Assembly (NCBI GenBank): GCA_013204645.1
Contig: JABMSE010000125.1
Location: 1 to 51,696 of the forward strand
Source of the DNA: Candidatus Saganbacteria bacterium
GTDB lineage: Bacteria; Margulisbacteria; WOR-1; O2-12-FULL-45-9
Direction of reading: 5' to 3'
DNA length: 51,696 bases
Both the position numbers and the translations under genes were made by a program. Positions 18,772 to 26,179 of the stretch are shown here, piece by piece (the first letter of the stretch is position 1; each line of letters begins with the position of its first letter). The notes beneath the pieces are model-generated. The model made no database searches. It saw only the letters and a program-made list of their open reading frames with translations, and was not told the DNA's origin.

Positions 18772-19638
18772 TTATCCTCTGTGCGAAGCATTGGACTCCT
18801 CCATATAAAGCCTGGCACATCTGCGTGCCAATTTGCGGATGCGCAAGATATAGGCCATTCTCTCTGTAACAGATATGGCACCGCGCGCATCCAAAACATT
18901 AAAAACATGCGAACATTTTAAGAGATAATCATAAGCAGGAAGGACCAACTGCTGGCCCAAAAGATGTTGGGCTTCTTTTTCAAAAACGGCAAAAAGCCCA
19001 CTTAAACGTTCAATATCGGCTACTTCAAAATTGTATTTTGACTGCTGCTTCTCTTGGGACAAATAGATGTCCCCATACTTGACTCCCTTGGTCCATTCGA
19101 TATCATAGACACTGTTAACTTTCTGGATAAACATAGCGATGCGCTCCAAACCATAAGTTAATTCGACCGAAACCGGTTTGCAAACTACTCCCCCACATTC
19201 CTGAAAGTAAGTAAATTGGGTAATTTCCATGCCCTCGGCCCAAACCTCCCAACCGGTTCCCCAAGCTCCCAAGGTTGGTGATTCCCAATTGTCTTCTACA
19301 AAACGCACATCATGTTTAGCTGGTTCAATCCCAATGGTACGTAGGGAATTAAGATAAACATCTTGGGCATCAAGCGGGGATGGCTTAAGAATTACCTGAT
19401 ACTGAAAATAATGGAAAAGGCGGTTGGGATTTTCCCCGTAGCGGCCATCCGCAGGGCGTCTTACCGGATCAATATAAGCAACTTTCAGAGGTTTCTCTCC
19501 TAAAACCCCAAAAAAAGTAGCCGGCGACATTGTCGCCGCTCCCTTTTCTAAATCATATGGCTGGCGGATAACACACCCATATTTATCCCAATAATTGTTC
19601 AGTTTACTAATAATTTGTTGAAAAGAGAGCTTTTTCAC
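18772..19638 (-). CDS. glyQ: Glycine--tRNA ligase alpha subunit
   Basis: [28 protein letters not shown]...GWEVW...LERIAMF. The upstream 86 codons of the track ORF are antisense to trpD. The probable GTG start is at 19638. Confidence 0.85.
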   Translation of the reverse strand: MKKLSFQQIISKLNNYWDKYGCVIRQPYDLEKGAATMSPATFFGVLGEKPLKVAYIDPVRRPADGRYGENPNRLFHYFQYQVILKPSPLDAQDVYLNSLRTIGIEPAKHDVRFVEDNWESPTLGAWGTGWEVWAEGMEITQFTYFQECGGVVCKPVSVELTYGLERIAMFIQKVNSVYDIEWTKGVKYGDIYLSQEKQQSKYNFEVADIERLSGLFAVFEKEAQHLLGQQLVLPAYDYLLKCSHVFNVLDARGAISVTERMAYILRIRKLARRCARLYMEESNASHRG

Positions 19639-19696
19639 GATACAATTATAGCACGACAGGTTGTGATTACAAGTCTCTTGTTGTGAAGGAGAAAAT

Positions 19697-20713
19697 ATGC
19701 AAAAAGAATCTATTAAGAAAATTGTTGAAGGATCTGATTTGACCCGGCAAGAAGCTGCCCTGACCATGGACACCATCATGCAGGGAAATGCCACCCCCTC
19801 CCAAATTGCCGCTTTCATTACTGCCCTGCGTATGAAAGGCGAAACCGTGGATGAGATCACCGGCTGTGCAGAAAAAATGCGCGAGCATGCCACCAATATT
19901 TATCCCCAACAAAAGAATCTCGTTGATACCTGTGGAACCGGAGGGGATGCATCCGGAACCTTTAATATTTCAACCGTGGTTGCTCTGGTCGCTGCCGGAG
20001 CAGGCATCCCAATTGCCAAACACGGCAATCGATCAGTATCTTCGCGCTGTGGCTCCGCAGATGTCTTGGAAGCCTTGGGTGTAAAAATAGATCTTGAGCC
20101 AAAGAAAGTCGAAGAATGCATCAACAAAATAGGAATTGGCTTTATTTTCGCTCCCAAGTTTCACCAGGCCATGAAATATGCTATGCCCGCGCGCAGAGAA
20201 ATCGGTATTCGAACTATTTTCAACATCCTTGGGCCCCTAACCAACCCAGCCAACGCCAGCGCACAAGTGCTCGGTGTATTTCATCCCGACTTAACCGAAG
20301 TCATGGCCAGTGTCTTAGCCAATCTAGGCGTAAAACATGCTCTGGTAGTGCATGGAATGGATGGCCTGGATGAAATCTCAATTTCGGACAAAAGCAAAGT
20401 TACCCATCTAAAAGATGGGGAAATAAAAAATTATTTTATCAAACCTGAAGATATGGGAATTGCCAAAGCCAAAAAATCCGATATCCTGGGCGGATCCAAA
20501 GAAGAAAACGCCCAAATCGCCATTGAAATTTTAAGAAACGAAGATAGGGGTGCTAAACGAAATATTGTCCTAGCTAATGCTGCCGCAGCTATTCTGGTTG
20601 GCGGCAAAGCTTTGGATCTAAAAGAAGGCTTAAAACTGGCTTCCGAGTCAATTGATTCTGGGGCGGCTTACAAAAAGCTGGAAGAGTTGATTGAGTTTAC
20701 GCAGAAAAACTGA
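19697..20713 (+). CDS. trpD: Anthranilate phosphoribosyltransferase
   Basis: [29 protein letters not shown] and NILGPLTNP. The RBS GAAGGAG lies 6 nt upstream of the ATG. Confidence 0.85.
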   Translation: MQKESIKKIVEGSDLTRQEAALTMDTIMQGNATPSQIAAFITALRMKGETVDEITGCAEKMREHATNIYPQQKNLVDTCGTGGDASGTFNISTVVALVAAGAGIPIAKHGNRSVSSRCGSADVLEALGVKIDLEPKKVEECINKIGIGFIFAPKFHQAMKYAMPARREIGIRTIFNILGPLTNPANASAQVLGVFHPDLTEVMASVLANLGVKHALVVHGMDGLDEISISDKSKVTHLKDGEIKNYFIKPEDMGIAKAKKSDILGGSKEENAQIAIEILRNEDRGAKRNIVLANAAAAILVGGKALDLKEGLKLASESIDSGAAYKKLEELIEFTQKN

Positions 20714-20760
20714 TACCAACTCGTTTTCTTATTTTTCCTCTAGCACCAATGGAATCCAGG

Positions 20761-20769
20761 TGTTATAAT
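20761..20769 (+). promoter_or_regulatory. Candidate extended -10 promoter element (TGTTATAAT) upstream of lptB
   Basis: tgttataat lies about 50 nt upstream of the lptB ATG, which has an AAGGA RBS. I cannot identify a clear -35 element. Confidence 0.3.
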
Positions 20770-20819
20770 ACTTACGTAAAAAAAACGCCTGAAATTTCAC
20801 TATTTTAAGGATATATATA

Positions 20820-21545
20820 ATGTACATAAAAGCAGAAAAACTGGTAAAAAAATACGGTAAAAAGGTAGCGGTTGATGGGATCTCGATTGAAGTGAAACAA
20901 GGAGAAATTGTAGGGCTCTTGGGACCCAATGGCGCAGGAAAGACCACTACCTTTTATATGGTGGTAGGCCTGGTTCGCCCAAATTCCGGCCGCATATTTT
21001 TAGATGAAAGAAATATAACCCCTCTTCCCATGCACCGCCGCGCACGCATGGGGATCGGCTACCTCCCCCAGGAACCATCAATTTTCAGAAAACTCTCTGT
21101 TGAAGATAACATCCTGGTGCTCTGGCAACTTATGCCCGGACTCAAAAAAGAAAACTACGAGAAAAATCTGGTCGCCCTGCTGGATGAATTAGGTGTGACC
21201 CATCTTCGCAAACAAAAAGCTTATACCTTATCGGGGGGAGAACAGCGCCGGGTTGAAATTGCCCGGGCCCTCGCCACCCATCCCTCTTTTATCTTGCTGG
21301 ATGAACCTTTCACCGGCATTGACCCCAAGACTGTATCTGATCTGCAAGAAATCATAAAACATCTAACCCAAGATAAAGGCATTGGCATCCTAATCACCGA
21401 CCATAATGTACGCGAAACCCTGGCCATCACTAATCGAGCCTATATCATCCATAAAGGCGAAATTATGGTCTCAGGCAATTCTAAAGTAATTGCCGAATCC
21501 GAGGAAGCCAGAAAATTATATCTCGGGGATAAGTTTGAACTATAG
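20820..21545 (+). CDS. lptB: LPS export ABC transporter ATP-binding protein
   Basis: GLLGPNGAGKTT, LSGGEQRRVEIARAL and ILLDEPF. 241 aa. It is followed by an LptF/G-family permease gene. Confidence 0.85.
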   Translation: MYIKAEKLVKKYGKKVAVDGISIEVKQGEIVGLLGPNGAGKTTTFYMVVGLVRPNSGRIFLDERNITPLPMHRRARMGIGYLPQEPSIFRKLSVEDNILVLWQLMPGLKKENYEKNLVALLDELGVTHLRKQKAYTLSGGEQRRVEIARALATHPSFILLDEPFTGIDPKTVSDLQEIIKHLTQDKGIGILITDHNVRETLAITNRAYIIHKGEIMVSGNSKVIAESEEARKLYLGDKFEL

Positions 21546-21569
21546 TATTTTTTACATTCATTAGTCATT

Positions 21570-22661
21570 ATGATAAAAATATTGGATCGTTATATCTTCA
21601 GAGAGCTGATTGAACCCTTTCTCTTTGGGCTCGGGGCTTTCACGGCCATCCTTTCTGCCAGCATGGTTCTTTTTGAGTTGGTTCGCGCCGTAATTTTAAG
21701 AGGCATGCCCTTTATCATTGCCATGCAAATCTTTGTTTATAAACTTCCCAGCATTATTGTCTATATTTTTCCCATGGCAACCCTCCTGGCCGCCCTGCTC
21801 GCTTTTGGAAGACTTTCCAACGACTCAGAAATTGTTGCTTTCCGCGCTTCGGGAATATCCCTTTACCGCTTGATGGTCCCGGTCCTTTTCTTGGGATTAT
21901 TGGTTTCCTTTACCAACCTGGCTTTTTCAGAAATTGTGGTTCCCGAAGCCAATAAGGCCGCTAAAAATTTATTAATTGAAACCACCACCACGCGCTCCCC
22001 GAAAATACAAAAAAACATATTTGTTCCTGAACTTAAAAACGGGGAGCTAAAAAGGATTTTTTACGCCGAAACCATGCAGGGAAACTCAATGCAAGACGTA
22101 ATTGTCCAGGAATTTTCAGAGGGAAAATTAACCCAAATTCTAACTGCCAAGGAAGGGATCTGGGACCGAGAAAAAAATAAATGGGTCTTCAAAGACGGAA
22201 TCATCTACCTTCTCTCCGATACAGGGGAATATAAACACCTCATAAAATTTAAGGAACAATCAGTTGCCATAAAATATTCTCCGGCCGATTTTGCCGTTGG
22301 GGATCGCAATCCAGACGAAATGACTATCTCGGGACTGCGGAACTATATTTCACTCAAACAGAAAATGGGGGTAGATGTAACCGATTACAAAATTCAACTG
22401 AATATGAAAATGGCCCTCCCCTTCGCTTCGCTGGTCTTTGCACTGCTCGGCGCTCCGCTCGGAATTACTTCTCGCCGGGCCTCATCTTCGCTGGGACTAG
22501 GCCTCTCTATCCTTGTAATTTTCTTCTACTACATCGTAACCTTTATTAGCATGTCAATTGGCGAACTCAAAATTGTACCGCCGGGCTTTTCTGCGTGGCT
22601 ACCCAACATCATAACCGCAAGCGTGGGCTGGTATATTCTCTATAAGGCTTCAACAAGATAA
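21570..22661 (+). CDS. LptF/LptG family permease (YjgP/YjgQ)
   Basis: MIKILDRYIFRELIEPFLFGL. The architecture is three TM helices, a periplasmic beta-jellyroll segment, then three TM helices. Confidence 0.8.
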   Translation: MIKILDRYIFRELIEPFLFGLGAFTAILSASMVLFELVRAVILRGMPFIIAMQIFVYKLPSIIVYIFPMATLLAALLAFGRLSNDSEIVAFRASGISLYRLMVPVLFLGLLVSFTNLAFSEIVVPEANKAAKNLLIETTTTRSPKIQKNIFVPELKNGELKRIFYAETMQGNSMQDVIVQEFSEGKLTQILTAKEGIWDREKNKWVFKDGIIYLLSDTGEYKHLIKFKEQSVAIKYSPADFAVGDRNPDEMTISGLRNYISLKQKMGVDVTDYKIQLNMKMALPFASLVFALLGAPLGITSRRASSSLGLGLSILVIFFYYIVTFISMSIGELKIVPPGFSAWLPNIITASVGWYILYKASTR

Positions 22662-23716
22662 TGCTAACATTTGGGATTCAAATAATTTTAATTGTCCTGG
22701 TGATTGCCGGGGTGGCTGCCCTGGTAGGCGATTATATCGGCAGATCAATTGGCCGCAAACGCCTAAGTTTTTTAAAACTTCGGCCTCGCTATACCGCGAT
22801 CATTTTCACCGTGCTTACCGGCGTGCTGATTGCTTTGGGCACCATAATTATTTTATTAGCTGTCTCCCAAGATGTGCGCACTGCGCTCTTTGGTCTTGAG
22901 GATTTAAAAAAAGAACTGGCCGATAAAAGCTTAAAACTTACCGAAACCAAAAAAGAGCTCTTGATAAAAACTACCGAGAGCCGAGAAATTGATGCACAGC
23001 GAGAACGGTCTGAGCTAGAACTGGCTGCCTTCCAAAAAAAACTGAACGCTTCTAAGCGGGAAATTTCCACTTTAGAAGAAACAAAATCCCGACTTAAACG
23101 AGAAATCCAGGCTGCCCGCAAAGGAACGGTTTTGTTTGGGGTGGACGAAGTTATTCTGACTTCAACTATTATGGCAGGACCAGAAAAAGAAAAGCTGGAA
23201 ACTGGCCTAAAACAAATTCTTTCCGCAGCCGATGCCTACGTTAGAAGCTTTGGAATCCCCACTGATAAACACTTGATTTTTATGAACCCAGAAGATTTTT
23301 CCGCGGCCGTCTCAACTCTTTCCCAGCGCGGCGGAGAAAATATTGTAAGTGTAATTGCAATTTCCAACACGGTCCTTGGCGAGGAAGTTCCGGTGCGTTT
23401 TTCTCTAGCAGAAAATAAATTGGTTTACCCTGAAGGATCAGTTATTGCGCAAACAACCATCCCCGCATCCCTTTCTATCCCGGAAATTGAGCAAAGAATA
23501 AAAGGGTTACTCTTACTTGCCCACCAAGATGCCAAGGAAGAAGGGATCGTAGGTGATGCAAGTGGATCCATAGGAAGCATTCCCTACTCTCAAATCTATG
23601 CCCTGGCCAAGAAAATCAAGGCTTATAACAAAGGAGTTACGCTACAAAGTATAGCCAAAACAGACACATCACGCATGGGGCCGCTTCAAATAGAATTTAA
23701 GATTCTCTATAAATAA
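22661..23716 (+). CDS. DUF3084-like membrane coiled-coil protein
   Basis: LVGDYIGRSIGRKRLSFLKLRPRYTAIIFTVLTG is followed by a long coiled coil. The family assignment is from memory. Confidence 0.5.
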   Translation: MLTFGIQIILIVLVIAGVAALVGDYIGRSIGRKRLSFLKLRPRYTAIIFTVLTGVLIALGTIIILLAVSQDVRTALFGLEDLKKELADKSLKLTETKKELLIKTTESREIDAQRERSELELAAFQKKLNASKREISTLEETKSRLKREIQAARKGTVLFGVDEVILTSTIMAGPEKEKLETGLKQILSAADAYVRSFGIPTDKHLIFMNPEDFSAAVSTLSQRGGENIVSVIAISNTVLGEEVPVRFSLAENKLVYPEGSVIAQTTIPASLSIPEIEQRIKGLLLLAHQDAKEEGIVGDASGSIGSIPYSQIYALAKKIKAYNKGVTLQSIAKTDTSRMGPLQIEFKILYK

Positions 23717-23717
23717 T

Positions 23718-24107
23718 ATGATTTTAGCTATTGACCCGGGAAGGGAAAAATGTGGCATCGCAGTTCTGGACAATGACGGAAGGGTTATTTGCAAACAAGT
23801 TGTCTTGCGGTCTCACGCCATAGCGTCGGTCATATCCCTGATGGCCAAATATAGTACTTCGGCTCTGGTGGTAGGAAGGTCCGCCTCAGGCAAAGAAATC
23901 GAAAAAAACCTTTTAAGATTAGATCTTAGGACAAACATAATCTTTGTTTCAGAAGAGCAGTCAACCCTCTTAGCTCGAAAAAGATATTGGAAAGAAAACA
24001 AACCCCAGGGACTTTTAAAACTTATACCCACTTCAATGCGCTTCCCCCCCATCCCGGTCGACGATTATGCGGCAGTTATCTTAGGGGAGCGCTATCTCAA
24101 AGGTTAA
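23718..24107 (+). CDS. RNase H-fold nuclease (YqgF/RuvX-like putative pre-16S rRNA nuclease or resolvase)
   Basis: MILAIDPGREKCGIAVLD is at the N-terminus, with DDYAAVILGERYL at the C-terminus. 129 aa. Confidence 0.5.
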   Translation: MILAIDPGREKCGIAVLDNDGRVICKQVVLRSHAIASVISLMAKYSTSALVVGRSASGKEIEKNLLRLDLRTNIIFVSEEQSTLLARKRYWKENKPQGLLKLIPTSMRFPPIPVDDYAAVILGERYLKG

Positions 24108-25451
24108 CACTCGTCTCGTGTTTAGCTCTGTTTTTTTAAGAATCCGGCCAAAGGGATCAATAACAGCAGAGATACCAGTGTTTGCCACAAAAATTACATA
24201 CTTGCGATTCTCAATTGCCCTGAAAATAGCTGTATTTAAATGGAAATAAGGAGCCGCCGAATTGCCAAACCAAGCATCGTTGGTAGCTGTTAATATGAAA
24301 TCTGCCCCTTGGCTAGCCCTCTCTCGAATTAGGCTTGGAAAAGTGGATTCAAAACAGATTGCCGGCGCAATTTTAAGGTCGCCAAGGATAAGCATTTTAA
24401 CTTTTGGGTTTGAATCAAACTGATTATCGTAATAGCCTACCCCCTTAAAAATGGGATATAAGATTTGAGAAAAAGGCAGGTATTCAGCAAAAGGCACCAG
24501 GTGCTGTTTATCATAGCGTGAAACTACCTCCCCACTGGGAGAGATACAGACAAGTGAATTATAAGTTTTACTCCCAATATAATGCGGGGTTCCAAAAATA
24601 ATCCATGCCCCCGTATCCCGGGAAAGTCGCCTAAGGCGGGGCAATAATTGTGAATTATGTAAGAGATACGAAAAAACAGAAGTTTCCGGCCAAATAATAA
24701 TATTGGGTTTCTCTTGGGCTGCTTTTCGACTTAATTCTTCATGAACTTTGAAAACCGGAATTATCGAAGCTACCGACATTTTTTCTTCCTGATCAATATT
24801 AGGCTGGATAAGGGCAATTTTTAATGGTCTAAGTGAAAGGGGTGGATCTTGCCTTAAAACATAAAACCCATATCCCAGGGCTAAAACAATTAAAAGCAGT
24901 GAAATAATTAAGCCTTGCCACTTTCGTCTGTCCAACAAAAATTGGGCCAATGAGGCATTAACCAAGACAACCAAAAAAGTTATTCCATAAACGCCAGCAA
25001 AAGAGGCAATTTGGATTAAAGGTAATAGGTCGACTTGAGAATAGGAAATATCCCCCCCAGTTACCCCAAATGGCCCCCAAGCCCTTATCCATTCAATGGC
25101 CGCAAAGAGGAAGGCCATAATAATCGGATAGACAACTCTTTTGGGGTTACCCAAAAAATAGGCTAAAAAGCTAAAAGCTAAAATGAACAAGGTTTGATAG
25201 AAAACCAAGCCCACCCATCCCAAGGCAATCCACCAAGAAACAAAGCGAAAAAGCGACCACATCCAGGATAAATGTATAGCAAAGAAAAAAATGCCAAAGA
25301 AAAACCCACAAAGCAATGCTTCTTTCAAGTCCTTGGCTTTTATTAACGCAACAAAAAATGGCACCAGGGCAAGAAAAGCTAGCCAATAGAGATTAAATTT
25401 GGGAAAAGCCAAGGCAAGCAGCAGCCCGGATACAATAGCTAATAACATCAC
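24081..25451 (-). CDS. lnt: Apolipoprotein N-acyltransferase
   Basis: N-terminal polytopic domain plus a C-terminal nitrilase-like domain (IIWPE, ICFES, TNDAWFG). Confidence 0.85.
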   Translation of the reverse strand: MMLLAIVSGLLLALAFPKFNLYWLAFLALVPFFVALIKAKDLKEALLCGFFFGIFFFAIHLSWMWSLFRFVSWWIALGWVGLVFYQTLFILAFSFLAYFLGNPKRVVYPIIMAFLFAAIEWIRAWGPFGVTGGDISYSQVDLLPLIQIASFAGVYGITFLVVLVNASLAQFLLDRRKWQGLIISLLLIVLALGYGFYVLRQDPPLSLRPLKIALIQPNIDQEEKMSVASIIPVFKVHEELSRKAAQEKPNIIIWPETSVFSYLLHNSQLLPRLRRLSRDTGAWIIFGTPHYIGSKTYNSLVCISPSGEVVSRYDKQHLVPFAEYLPFSQILYPIFKGVGYYDNQFDSNPKVKMLILGDLKIAPAICFESTFPSLIRERASQGADFILTATNDAWFGNSAAPYFHLNTAIFRAIENRKYVIFVANTGISAVIDPFGRILKKTELNTRRVLTFEIALP

Positions 25452-26179
25452 TCCATCTCAACCCTTAACTCAAGGATATCCAGGCTGACATCAACATCTA
25501 CATCTTTAAAGGCCGTAACCACTTGGATAGAACCGGAAAGATAAGAAATATAATTATCCGTCGATGGCAAATGATCATAAGGGATTTTTTCTTCCCCATC
25601 CGGCCACGACACACAAATAAAGTCGAAATAGATCTTGGCCGGAATAGGATCAAAGATTTTTCCCAAAAGAAAAGTGAAACTAATTGTATCGCTAATTTCT
25701 CCCAAAGTTGCAAAAACTTCCCTCGTTAGCGTTTGCCCCTCTACAAAGGGTCCGCACACTACTGAATATCCACTGGGATCAACCACGATATAGCCAGACC
25801 AGGTATCAAAAAAATTGCTGTAATAGGCTTCCGCGCTGCCCGTCTCGGGAGTCATTCCTGGTTCAATAAATTCCGGGGCCGACTCAATAATATCGGGAGG
25901 AGGCAGCGGTACCTTATAATTTGAATCATCCGAGAAGACCATAAAATAACGATTATTCTCTACATCCATGGTCCCAGCTAAGCTCGCGGAAACTCTCATT
26001 TGTTCGCCGTAGTTGACCACTGGAGTTACGGTACGCGCACATCCAAAGGCAAAAGTAAAAATGCAAAATGCAAAAATACACTTTAAAATCAAAAACTTTT
26101 TAATTTTTAACGCCTCGACATTGCTCGGCGTTAAATCTGAGCTCTGTCGAAGATTTACTTTTGCCTTTTCAACTATCAT
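25448..26179 (-). CDS. Lipoprotein of unknown function (positional LptE-analog candidate)
   Basis: Lipobox FAFGC after a hydrophobic segment. There is a TAATG overlap with the LptD-like stop and a 4-nt overlap with the lnt start. Confidence 0.5.
   Translation of the reverse strand: MIVEKAKVNLRQSSDLTPSNVEALKIKKFLILKCIFAFCIFTFAFGCARTVTPVVNYGEQMRVSASLAGTMDVENNRYFMVFSDDSNYKVPLPPPDIIESAPEFIEPGMTPETGSAEAYYSNFFDTWSGYIVVDPSGYSVVCGPFVEGQTLTREVFATLGEISDTISFTFLLGKIFDPIPAKIYFDFICVSWPDGEEKIPYDHLPSTDNYISYLSGSIQVVTAFKDVDVDVSLDILELRVEME
26049..26096. repeat. 7-nt-period degenerate tract encoding the lipoprotein signal-peptide core
   Basis: gcaaaag taaaaat gcaaaat gcaaaaa tacactt taaaatc aaaaac. Confidence 0.5.

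Noticed and set aside
19639-19696. A glycine T-box or other riboswitch leader upstream of glyQS.
   Set aside because: The whole divergent spacer is 58 nt, far too short for a T-box (about 200 nt or more).
18772-19896. Long N-terminal extensions of the track ORFs for glyQ (to 19896), glyS (to 18820), the aldolase (to 36401) and the GT-C gene (to 14160).
   Set aside because: The extensions overlap neighbouring genes (the glyQ extension is antisense to trpD) and lack homology. Internal starts match ortholog N-termini and give typical 1-4 nt overlaps.
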